Below are positions 6,872-15,353 of a stretch of 39,001 nucleotides of DNA, piece by piece (positions within the stretch are counted from its first letter, which is position 1; every line of letters begins with the position of its first letter). The notes below the pieces were generated by a model. The model worked only from the letters and a program-made list of their open reading frames with translations. It did not search any database and was not told where the DNA came from. Origin of the DNA: a bacterium (GTDB lineage Bacteria > Patescibacteriota > Minisyncoccia > UBA6257 > HR35); the NCBI GenBank assembly GCA_037444025.1, contig JBBINE010000006.1:1935-40935 (forward strand), given 5' to 3'. A program made the position numbers and the translations under genes.

Positions 6872-7801
6872 ATGGAAAGAGAAAAAATTATTTTTATTAC
6901 TGGTCCAACTTCATCGGGAAAATCAGACTTAAGTTTATTTATAGCTCAAAAAATAAAGGGAGAAATAATTAATGCTGATTCTAGACAAGTTTATCGTTTT
7001 TTAGATCATGGAAGTGGAAAAATTTCTAAAAAAGAACAAAAATTAATACCTCATCATCTTTTAAATGTTGCTCATCCCAAAAAAAATTATTCTTTAGTTA
7101 GATGGCTTAAAGATTGTGAAAAAGCAATTAAAAAAATAATAAAGAAAAACAAAAAAGTTATTATTTGCGGTGGAACTGTTTTATATTTAAAAGCATTACA
7201 AGAAGGTTGGATTTTGCCTAAAGTAAAACCTGATTATAAATTAAGAAAAAAATTAGAAAAGGAATCCTTAAAAAAATTAAAAAAACTTATAAATAAAATT
7301 GACCCTCAAAGAGCTAAAACAATTGATCTTAAAAATAAAAGAAGAATAATAAGAGCTCTAGAAATAGCTTATCAACTAAAAAAAGTTCCACCTTTGATAA
7401 AAAAACCAAAATACGAACTCTTGGTCATAACACCTTATGATGTTTTTACTCAGAACCCACGAAAACAAGCCGAATTATTTAAAAAAATAAGACAAAGATT
7501 AGAATTAAGAATAAGACCTATTTTAAGAGAAATTAAAAACCTCAGAAAAATTGGTCTTTCGTGGAAAAGAATAATAAATTTTGGCCTAGAATATAAATGG
7601 TTGGGAAGTTATTTATTAGCTAAAGAAAAGAAAGAAAGCAAAGTTTCTTTATCTTTTTATTTAGAAAAGTGCTATCTTGATACGGTTCGCTTTGCTAAAA
7701 GACAAATAAGAGAACTCAGAAAAATAAAAAACCTGATCTATGTCAAAAATTACAGCGAAGCTTTAAAAAAGATAAAATCGTTTTTAGATCAGAGTGGATA
7801 A
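6872..7801 (+). CDS. miaA: tRNA dimethylallyltransferase (isopentenyl-tRNA transferase)
   Basis: P-loop GPTSSGKSDL, then INADSRQVYRFLDHGSGKISKKEQKLIPHHLLNV, which matches the MiaA DSxQVY...G(T/S)(A/G)K...HHL pattern. 309 aa. Confidence 0.9.
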   Translation: MEREKIIFITGPTSSGKSDLSLFIAQKIKGEIINADSRQVYRFLDHGSGKISKKEQKLIPHHLLNVAHPKKNYSLVRWLKDCEKAIKKIIKKNKKVIICGGTVLYLKALQEGWILPKVKPDYKLRKKLEKESLKKLKKLINKIDPQRAKTIDLKNKRRIIRALEIAYQLKKVPPLIKKPKYELLVITPYDVFTQNPRKQAELFKKIRQRLELRIRPILREIKNLRKIGLSWKRIINFGLEYKWLGSYLLAKEKKESKVSLSFYLEKCYLDTVRFAKRQIRELRKIKNLIYVKNYSEALKKIKSFLDQSG

Positions 7802-7854
7802 GTTTAAGAAATTTTAATTTTGATTTTTTATTTTCTATAATATAATTAAAATTA

Positions 7855-9000
7855 ATGAAAATTCTAATGGTAGGGTGGGAACTACCTCCCTTTAATAGTG
7901 GAGGATTAGGAGTAGCCTGTTTTCATTTGGCGAAAGAGCTAAGTAAAAAAATTGATTTAACTTTTACCCTACCTTCAAAACTACCAATTACCTCAGTACC
8001 TTTTAAAGTAATCTTTGCTAGCAATTATTTTAAAAAAAATTTAGGCTACATAGAAGCTAAATATTTTTTTAATGACTCTACCTATGAATTGGTTTTTTCT
8101 TACGGAGAAAGAATTTTAGCAGTTTATCGAGAAAAACCAGATATAGTTCATGGTCATGATTGGCTTTCTCTTCCAGCTACCTTTTTCTTAAAAGAATATT
8201 TTAATGTTCCCGCTTTACTCCATGTTCATTCAACAGAAATTGAAAGAACGGGTAATAGTCCTAATCCGATAATTTTTGATATAGAAATAAATTATTTTCA
8301 AAAAGTTGATTATTTACTGCCTGTCAGTGATCTAACTAAAGAAATATTAATTAAAATTTATCATATTCCCGAAAATAAAATTTTTACTCTTCCTAATGGC
8401 TTCGAATGGGGAGAAAATCCATCTCGCTTACCTTCTTATTTAATCAACTTAAAAAAAGAAGGTTGGCAGATAGTTCTGTTCGTTGGTAGACTAGTTTTAC
8501 AAAAAGGACCAGACTATCTGTTACAAACGATACCTTGGGTTAAAAAAGTTATGCCTAAAACTAAATTTATCTTTGTTGGTTCTGGAGATATGTTTCCTTA
8601 TTTAATTAAACTTGCTAATGAGTTAGCTGTTCAAGAAAATGTAATATTTACCAATTTTTTAAGAAATAAGGAGTTATGGGGAATTTATCAAATCTCAGAT
8701 GTTTTGGTTGTTCCTTCGGTTGCTGATCCATTTGGTTTAGTTCCTTTAGAAGGAGTAAACCAAAATATACCAGTAATCATTTCTAAGACCACTGGAGTTG
8801 GTTGCTATTTGAATCATATCTTAAAATTTGATTTTTGGGATATTAAAGAAATGGCCAATAAGATCATAGGCATTTTGAAATATAAAAATTTAAAAAATTG
8901 TTATCTATGGAACTTAAGAAGTGAAGCTCAATTAAAATTTGATTGGTCTAAAACTGCAAATAACTTATGTGATTTTTATCAAAAAATATTTTTCTCATAA
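7855..9000 (+). CDS. GT-B glycosyltransferase, glycogen/starch-synthase-like (GT4/GT5 type)
   Basis: MKILMVGWELPPFNSGGLGVACFHLAKEL is a GGL-type donor-loop N-terminus like GlgA. The C-terminal Rossmann half contains VPSVADPFGLVPLEGVNQNIPVIISKTTGVG. It is the first gene of the alpha-glucan operon. Confidence 0.75.
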   Translation: MKILMVGWELPPFNSGGLGVACFHLAKELSKKIDLTFTLPSKLPITSVPFKVIFASNYFKKNLGYIEAKYFFNDSTYELVFSYGERILAVYREKPDIVHGHDWLSLPATFFLKEYFNVPALLHVHSTEIERTGNSPNPIIFDIEINYFQKVDYLLPVSDLTKEILIKIYHIPENKIFTLPNGFEWGENPSRLPSYLINLKKEGWQIVLFVGRLVLQKGPDYLLQTIPWVKKVMPKTKFIFVGSGDMFPYLIKLANELAVQENVIFTNFLRNKELWGIYQISDVLVVPSVADPFGLVPLEGVNQNIPVIISKTTGVGCYLNHILKFDFWDIKEMANKIIGILKYKNLKNCYLWNLRSEAQLKFDWSKTANNLCDFYQKIFFS

Positions 9001-9012
9001 AAAAGAAAAAAG

Positions 9013-10203
9013 ATGCCTTCAGTAGTTTTTTATTTCAAAATCCACCAACCATTTCGTCTTAGACATTATACTGTTTTTGATATAAATAAATCGAACGATT
9101 ATTTCGATGAGGAAAGAAATAAATTTTATCTTGACCGTGTTACCCATAAATGTTATATACCTACCTTAAAAATAATAAAAGAGTTAATCAATGAAACCCG
9201 GGGAAAGTTTAAAGTTAGTTTTGGTATTACAGGAACTCTCATTGAGCAATTAGCTAAATGGTACCCTGAAGTTTTAGATCTTTTCAAAGAGTTATCTAAA
9301 ACTGGTTCAGTTGAATTTGTAGGTGAAACATATTATCATTCTCTCGCTTCTCTTTATTCATTTAATGATTTCAAAGAACAGGTAATTAAACATCGACAAC
9401 TTATCAAAAAATTATTCAATCAAGAATCAAAAGTTTTTGCCAATACTGAATTAGTCTATTTCGATGATTTAACCAAAGTAGTAAAAGAACTGGGATTTGA
9501 AGGAATTTTAACTGAAGGTGTTCCTTGGATATTAGGATGGAGGAATGCTAATTTTATCTATAGTGATCCATATAACTATTTAAAAATATTACTTAGAAAT
9601 TTTCAATTGGCTGACGATGTTAGTTTTAGATTTTCAGCTAAATGGTGGGAAGGTTGGCCTTTAACCGCAGATAAATTTGCTCACTGGCTTGCACAAATTA
9701 ATGGTAACGGAGAAGTGATTAATTTGTTTATGGATTTTGAAACTTTTGGGGAACATCAATGGGAAGAAACAGGCATTTTTGAGTTTTTAAAATCTTTACC
9801 TTTTGAAGTTTTAAAACAAAAAGATTTAAATTTCGCTTTACCTACAGAAGCAATACAAAAATATCCTACTCGAGGAACATTTTCTTCACCAAAACCCATC
9901 ACCTGGGCTGATACTGAAAGAGATTTAACAGCGTGGTTAGGAAATGAAATGCAAAAAGAATGTCTTGATCTTCTTTTTAGCTTAGAAAAAGATGTTCCCT
10001 TTTACCTTAAAGATAATTGGAGAAAGCTACAAACTGCTGATCATTTTTATTATATGTGCACCAAGTGGTTTGCTGACGGAGATGTGCATAAATATTTTAG
10101 TCCCTATGAAAGTCCTTATGAGGCTTATTTAAATTTTCGCAATGTCTTAGAAGATTTTAAATTAAGAATCAAAAGCAATGTCAAGATATCTTTTCGAAAT
10201 TAG
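9013..10203 (+). CDS. Glycoside hydrolase family 57 protein (alpha-amylase-like)
   Basis: FYFKIHQPFRLR (the GH57 region-1 HQP motif), SFGITGTLIEQL, VEFVGETYYHS and FMDFETFGEHQW (an Asp/Glu-containing catalytic region) are typical of short GH57 enzymes. Confidence 0.85.
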   Translation: MPSVVFYFKIHQPFRLRHYTVFDINKSNDYFDEERNKFYLDRVTHKCYIPTLKIIKELINETRGKFKVSFGITGTLIEQLAKWYPEVLDLFKELSKTGSVEFVGETYYHSLASLYSFNDFKEQVIKHRQLIKKLFNQESKVFANTELVYFDDLTKVVKELGFEGILTEGVPWILGWRNANFIYSDPYNYLKILLRNFQLADDVSFRFSAKWWEGWPLTADKFAHWLAQINGNGEVINLFMDFETFGEHQWEETGIFEFLKSLPFEVLKQKDLNFALPTEAIQKYPTRGTFSSPKPITWADTERDLTAWLGNEMQKECLDLLFSLEKDVPFYLKDNWRKLQTADHFYYMCTKWFADGDVHKYFSPYESPYEAYLNFRNVLEDFKLRIKSNVKISFRN

Positions 10204-11938
10204 CTGGGAGATAGGCAATAAAGTCGGGGGAATTTATACTGTGATCTCAAGTAAAGCTAAATATATTAAAAATTTTTTAGAGAGAAATTATTTTGTTATT
10301 GGACCCTATTTAAAAAATAAAGATCAAAATGAGTTTCGTTTTATGTCTCTACCTCGTGAATTTCAAGAAATATCAGAAAATCTTAATAAAAAAGGAATTA
10401 AAATTTTTTTTGGTGAATGGCTGGTTGAAGGTTTACCTCATGGTTTTTTGATTGATTTTGAAAAATTCTTAGGGGAAATAAATTCAATTAAATATGAGTT
10501 ATGGGAAAAATTCGGTGTTGACAGCCTAAGAAGCGGGGAAGATTATAGTCAACCTATTGCTTGGTCCAAATCTGTAAGTGAATTTATTAAAGAACTTAAA
10601 AATACTGGTAATTTCTCTAATTTAATATTTCATTGCCATGAATGGTTATCTGGAGCAATTATACTCTTTCTTAAAGATTTTGATTTAAAAAATGTTTTCA
10701 CTACACATGCTACCGTTTTAGGTAGAACTTTATCTGCGGCAGAAATAAATTTTTGGAATGAAGATCTTGATCCTTTAAAAGCGGCTTACAATTTTGGTGT
10801 TGAAGCTAAACATTTAATTGAAAAAAAATCTGCCGAAACTTGTACTTACTTTACTACCATAAGCAATATAACTTCAAAAGAGGCAGAAAAATTTTTAGGC
10901 AGAAAAGCTGATTTTATTCTTCCTAATGGAATTGATCTTTCTAAGTTTGGTACTTTTGAAGAAATTTCTCGCGCTCATGGAAAAAATAAAAAAATTATTT
11001 TTGATTTCATCTTAAATTTTTTTTCCCCTTATTACAAAAATTCTTGTCCTATAACCAATTCTCTTATTTTTTTTACCAGCGGGAGAAAAGAAATAAGAAA
11101 TAAGGGTTTTGATATTTTAATTTATGCCCTGGGAAAACTAAATAAAATTTTAAAAGACACTAAAAGTAAAAGAAATATCTTTGTTTTTATTTTTGTTCCT
11201 GGTGAAATTATAGATGTTAATCATCAAGTTTTGGAAAATATAACTCTTTACCGCGGACTTAAAGAGTATCTCGAGGATTTACAAGAAGAGATTATTTCTC
11301 GAATATTTCATGCCCTAATTCATCAAAGAAAAATTGATCCAGAAAAAATACTCACTGAAAAAGAGATAGTAGAAGCCCAAAGAATAATTAAAAAAGTTAA
11401 AGCTGAAGGAGAAATTCCTTTATCTATGTATCTTCTTTCACCACAAAATGAATTTTTACAACTTTGTCAAAAAGCAAACCTTAAAAACCAAGAAGATGAT
11501 AATGTAAAAATAATTATTTATCCTATCTATTTAAGCTCGGTAGATAATTTTTTAAATCTTGACTATTATAGTGCTGCCAATGGATGCCACTTAGGTATTT
11601 TTCCTTCTCTTTATGAGCCCTGGGGCTATACTCCTCTAGAAGCATTAGCCAATGGAGTAATTTCTATCACTTCTGATTCAACGGGTTTTGCTGATTATGT
11701 TGAAAAAAATAATTTGAGAAATAAGGAATTTCCTGGTCTTTTTATTCTGAAAAGAAAAAATAAAAATGACGAAGAAACTATAGAAGAATTAACAGAGATA
11801 TTCTTAACTATAACTAATATGGAAAGAAGTGAAAGAATTCAAAATAAATACGAAGCTAGAAGGCTAGCCTCTTGTTTTGATTGGCAAGATCTTATCAAAA
11901 ATTATCTTAATTTATATGAAAAAATTTTTTCTTCATGA
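10178..11938 (+). CDS. Glycogen synthase, eukaryote/GT3 type
   Basis: The protein is colinear with fungal and animal glycogen synthases along its whole length. Shared blocks are LFEISWEIGNKVGGIYTVISSKA, HCHEWLSG, VFTTHATVLGR, FTTISNITSKEAEKFLGRKADFILPNG, FFTSGRKEIRNKG and DYYSAANGCHLGIFPSLYEPWGYTPLEALANGVISITSDSTGF. Confidence 0.9.
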   Translation: MSRYLFEISWEIGNKVGGIYTVISSKAKYIKNFLERNYFVIGPYLKNKDQNEFRFMSLPREFQEISENLNKKGIKIFFGEWLVEGLPHGFLIDFEKFLGEINSIKYELWEKFGVDSLRSGEDYSQPIAWSKSVSEFIKELKNTGNFSNLIFHCHEWLSGAIILFLKDFDLKNVFTTHATVLGRTLSAAEINFWNEDLDPLKAAYNFGVEAKHLIEKKSAETCTYFTTISNITSKEAEKFLGRKADFILPNGIDLSKFGTFEEISRAHGKNKKIIFDFILNFFSPYYKNSCPITNSLIFFTSGRKEIRNKGFDILIYALGKLNKILKDTKSKRNIFVFIFVPGEIIDVNHQVLENITLYRGLKEYLEDLQEEIISRIFHALIHQRKIDPEKILTEKEIVEAQRIIKKVKAEGEIPLSMYLLSPQNEFLQLCQKANLKNQEDDNVKIIIYPIYLSSVDNFLNLDYYSAANGCHLGIFPSLYEPWGYTPLEALANGVISITSDSTGFADYVEKNNLRNKEFPGLFILKRKNKNDEETIEELTEIFLTITNMERSERIQNKYEARRLASCFDWQDLIKNYLNLYEKIFSS

Positions 11939-13608
11939 AAATAATTTACCACGAGTTGAAAAAAAGTTTTACTACTTCTCAAAACTCACTAATTTTTTTA
12001 AAAGACAAAAATATTTGGTTTTTCTTACCCTGGAATAATAATCAAATCAACAGTCGTTATTGGGGAGGATTTTTTTTTGATGGCAAAGAGGTTTGGAAAT
12101 TTTTAGACGAAATAAGAATCAATAACGAAATTAAGGAAATCAAAATAATAAATCCTTGGGAGGTAATGATTATTTTTAAAAACAATGACAATGGTTATGT
12201 CAAAATAAATTTTCCTGATTTAAAAATAATTTTCAATAGTTTTCAAGATATTGAAATTAATTTTGATATAAAAAAAATTTTTGATAATAATCCCTGGCCT
12301 CGAAAAATAAATATAAAACAAATTGATAACGACCAATTTTTAGTAGATGAGTTTTATGAGAGAAAAAATTTAAAAATTTTGCTTCAGGGTGTTTTTAAAC
12401 TAGAAAAAAATAATTTATGGGTTGAAAAAAAACTAGAGTTTGATCAAAAAAGAAATTCGCCCCCTTTTCAATGGTGGGTTTTTCACGGAATAGCAGGCAA
12501 GGTTAAAGAAATAGAAATCAAGCTTATTGATCAAAGTATAAATTTTGATAATAACTCTGATATCTTTATTAAAAAGTTTTCTTTAAGAAAGAATTTTTTA
12601 GAAAAATTTATCCTTGAAAGAATATCTCTTTTAAGATTAAACAATTATTTGCCTGCTGGTTTTCCTTGGTTTTTTGAAAATTGGTATAGAGATGAATTAA
12701 TTTCTTTATATCTTTTAAAAACCTCTCTCAATAAAGAATATCTTTTTCAAAGACTAGATTTTTATTTAAAGAACTTGGAAATACTATGGTCTTGTAATAA
12801 AAGCAATTGTTCCCAAAAGAGTGCTGATACTTTTCTTTTTTTCTTAATCAATTTAGAGAGTTTTCCTTTTTACCTCAAAAAAAATTTTGATAAATTAATA
12901 ACTTTTTTCGGTGAATGGGAAAAAAACTTTTTAGACCACAGTAAAGAAAAATTAAATCTTCCCCCGAAATCAACCTGGAAAGATTCTCTTGCTCTAACAA
13001 ATTCTCTAGAAACAATCTCTCTTTATCTAAAATCTTTATTAATTCTTTCTAGGGTAAAAGAAAATTTTCAACCCCAGATAAATTTATGGAAAAAAATTTT
13101 TTTTCATAATATAGAAAGTTTGGATATAGATATAGTTTTTGCCTACCTTTTTCTAAAAAACCTTTTAAATAAAAAATCATGGGAAAAAATTTTTGACCAA
13201 CTAATAGAAAAATATTTCTTAGACTGGGGAGCTTTTGCTTCTTATGATAAAAATTTACCAGACTTTCAAATAAGTAATGATGGTGAAATTGGTCTAAGTT
13301 ACCATCATGGAGATTCTTGGTATTTTATTAATAATTTATTAGCTTCCTTTTTAATTGAACTAAATTACTCTAAATATAAAAACTTAGTAGAAAAAATTAT
13401 TAAAAATAGTTTAGAAGATCTATTACTTGATGGAGTTCTTGGCTACAGCAGTGAAATAAGTGATGCTCAAGAAAGAAGTAGTAAAGGATCACCAATTCAA
13501 TTATGGTCAATGTCAACTATGATTTATTTACTGAGATTTTTTAAGAATATTGATATCGTTTTGAAATCTCTGAGCAATAGCCATAACATCATCACCGTAG
13601 AATCTTAA
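11935..13608 (+). CDS. Amylo-alpha-1,6-glucosidase / glycogen debranching enzyme C-terminal-domain (GDE_C) family protein
   Basis: LPAGFPWFFENWYRDELISL and SYHHGDSWYFINNLLASF, plus IQLWSMST, match the (alpha/alpha)6-barrel GDE_C signature. It is joined by an ATGA junction to the preceding glycogen synthase gene. Confidence 0.8.
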   Translation: MKIIYHELKKSFTTSQNSLIFLKDKNIWFFLPWNNNQINSRYWGGFFFDGKEVWKFLDEIRINNEIKEIKIINPWEVMIIFKNNDNGYVKINFPDLKIIFNSFQDIEINFDIKKIFDNNPWPRKINIKQIDNDQFLVDEFYERKNLKILLQGVFKLEKNNLWVEKKLEFDQKRNSPPFQWWVFHGIAGKVKEIEIKLIDQSINFDNNSDIFIKKFSLRKNFLEKFILERISLLRLNNYLPAGFPWFFENWYRDELISLYLLKTSLNKEYLFQRLDFYLKNLEILWSCNKSNCSQKSADTFLFFLINLESFPFYLKKNFDKLITFFGEWEKNFLDHSKEKLNLPPKSTWKDSLALTNSLETISLYLKSLLILSRVKENFQPQINLWKKIFFHNIESLDIDIVFAYLFLKNLLNKKSWEKIFDQLIEKYFLDWGAFASYDKNLPDFQISNDGEIGLSYHHGDSWYFINNLLASFLIELNYSKYKNLVEKIIKNSLEDLLLDGVLGYSSEISDAQERSSKGSPIQLWSMSTMIYLLRFFKNIDIVLKSLSNSHNIITVES

Positions 13609-14946
13609 AGATGGTTTATTCCAATTCGAACCAGCAAAATAAATCATAGCAGCCTTCCATTCAGCATCGTAACTTTGTACCGAAGCTCCATTTTCTTTAA
13701 GTAAAATAGCTGCCGCAGCAAAAGCGTCAAAAATATTCCAGGGTGAAGGTGGATTGTTTTCTGTTATTTTAGAAACTTTATCTCTATAGGCCATCCAAGT
13801 AGAAGGAAGGAATTGAGCTGGACCCATAGCTCCTCCCCATCCATACCATGGTTTACAAGAAACAGGCATCCTATTAGGGTCCAAACCAAGTTCATTAACT
13901 ATCTTTTCAAAAATAGGCTGTTCTGATGGTTTCATCGCCTCTTTATAGCTACAATTCCCCACATTTTGTCCTATCTTACTTTCATAGTGCAAAATAGCTA
14001 ATAAAAAAGCTGCTCTTACTCCAGTAGTCTTTTCTATCAAATCTGCTAATCTATAAGCCTCTCCAAAACTAATTGGAGCTACTCCACCAGCAAGTTTATA
14101 AAGTTCTTCTCTTATTTGTTGAGCTGTACGTTCAGATTTAATGAGCAAAGCAGTATATTGAGTTTCTTTCTTACTAGCATCGGCTAAAAGTATCTCTTTC
14201 TCCTTTTTCAAACCCTGAAGTTCACTGTGTTTTATTCTAGCCAAATAAAGAAGATTATTCTGTTCGTTCATTTCTTCATCTAAAACAATCTTCTGTTTAT
14301 TTAAAGTTTTATTAAGCTCTTCTAAATTATTAATTTCATCACTAATACTTTCTTGAAGCTTTTGAAGATAAAAGAAATTGCTAAAATAGTCTGATAAGTT
14401 AGCTTGAGCTAAAAAAAATTCAACCACGCTTCTTTGTCTTAATTGATAGTAATATCTTAAAGCGTTAGTAAGAAACTCTTTTGATTTTTCTATTTTTTCT
14501 TCGGTAATCTTAATTGATTTTTTAGTTTCAGCAATTTTTTGATCCAACTTCTTAATAGTTAAATTAATAGCTTGAATTTCTAGTTCGGTTTTTTTTATTT
14601 GAGATTCGGTTAGACTAATTTCGTTTTGAATTGTTCTTTTTTGCTGTTTAATATCAGAAATATTTTTTTTATATCTGTTAATCTCTTCTAATACTTTTTT
14701 TAATTCACTTTCAAGAGAATCTTTCTTTTTTTGCGTTTCAGGATCAAGTTTAACTTGGCTTAATTGTTGGATATTTTTCACTGAAGAAGATAAAGGTGCT
14801 GCTGCTAAATTAATATTCAAACTCAAAATAAAAAAAATAAATAAAAAAGGTAAAAAACTAATTCTTAAACCAGAAGATAATTTTACTTTATTAAATTGAC
14901 AAAGCTTTTTGTAGTCTTTGGGTTTTATGTCTTCAATTTTATACAT
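13528..14946 (-). CDS. Membrane-anchored coiled-coil protein with a C-terminal MltB-type (SLT_2) lytic transglycosylase domain
   Basis: The track start at 14973 is TTG; the first ATG is at 14946. It has a hydrophobic anchor (ISFLPFLFIFFILSLNINLAAA) and a heptad-rich region of about 230 aa. The C-terminal motifs are LAILHYESKIGQNVG, GAMGPAQFLPSTW and FDAFAAAAILLKENG. Confidence 0.75.
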   Translation of the reverse strand: MYKIEDIKPKDYKKLCQFNKVKLSSGLRISFLPFLFIFFILSLNINLAAAPLSSSVKNIQQLSQVKLDPETQKKKDSLESELKKVLEEINRYKKNISDIKQQKRTIQNEISLTESQIKKTELEIQAINLTIKKLDQKIAETKKSIKITEEKIEKSKEFLTNALRYYYQLRQRSVVEFFLAQANLSDYFSNFFYLQKLQESISDEINNLEELNKTLNKQKIVLDEEMNEQNNLLYLARIKHSELQGLKKEKEILLADASKKETQYTALLIKSERTAQQIREELYKLAGGVAPISFGEAYRLADLIEKTTGVRAAFLLAILHYESKIGQNVGNCSYKEAMKPSEQPIFEKIVNELGLDPNRMPVSCKPWYGWGGAMGPAQFLPSTWMAYRDKVSKITENNPPSPWNIFDAFAAAAILLKENGASVQSYDAEWKAAMIYFAGSNWNKPSLRFYGDDVMAIAQRFQNDINILKKSQ

Positions 14947-15214
14947 CTGAAGCTGAAGGAATATAAAAATCAAAATGAATTATCTTGTTAGTTAAAGGAT
15001 CTGTTTGAACATCTTTAAGGAAAGCTTCTAAACTTTTACCTTCAAGCTCAAGCTTAACTTTGCTTTCACCTTTTTTATAAAAATCTAAAAATTCTTTTTC
15101 TGAAACGTAAACAGCTAGAGAATCAAAATTGGGACCATATAAAACTCCAGGAATTTTACCTTCTTTTAAATAATGTTTTGCTTTTCCTTGTTCTCTTAAA
15201 AAAACTTTAAGCAT
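14939..15214 (-). CDS. rplY: 50S ribosomal protein L25 (short form)
   Basis: REQGKAKHYLKEGKIPGVLYG ... FLKDVQTDPLTNKIIHFDF matches the L25/Ctc N-terminal domain pattern. 91 aa. Confidence 0.85.
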   Translation of the reverse strand: MLKVFLREQGKAKHYLKEGKIPGVLYGPNFDSLAVYVSEKEFLDFYKKGESKVKLELEGKSLEAFLKDVQTDPLTNKIIHFDFYIPSASDV

Positions 15215-15247
15215 TTTTATTAAAAATTAATTTTTAATTCCTTTGGG

Positions 15248-15319
15248 TGCGCGCGGTAGGTTTCGAACCTACGACCTCTGTCTTATCAGGACAGCGCTCT
15301 ACCACTGAGCTACGCGCGC
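15248..15319 (-). tRNA. tRNA-Ile (anticodon GAU), CCA not encoded
   Basis: The reverse complement folds as a cloverleaf: GCGCGCG-TA-GCTC-AGTGGTA-GAGC-G-CTGTC-CTGATAA-GACAG-AGGTC-GTAGG-TTCGAAA-CCTAC-CGCGCGC-A. It forms a GC-rich island in AT-rich DNA. Confidence 0.9.
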
Positions 15320-15353
15320 TTTGCTTTGTTGATAGCTCTTCAAATAAATTATA

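Noticed and set aside
3725-7801. LOG-like gene plus miaA as a tRNA-derived cytokinin pathway
   Set aside because: The two genes are 2.6 kb apart on opposite strands. The LOG-like protein fits the TIGR00725-type pattern (GRTGTLNE) rather than a clear PGGxGTxxE LOG motif. MiaA is a universal tRNA-modification enzyme. The link is too speculative to report as a finding.
15248-15319. Stand-alone tRNA-Ile(GAU) away from any rRNA operon as an anomaly
   Set aside because: This tRNA sits in the 16S-23S spacer in many bacteria. However, unlinked rRNA genes and relocated spacer tRNAs are common in reduced genomes. Nothing else at the locus is unusual.
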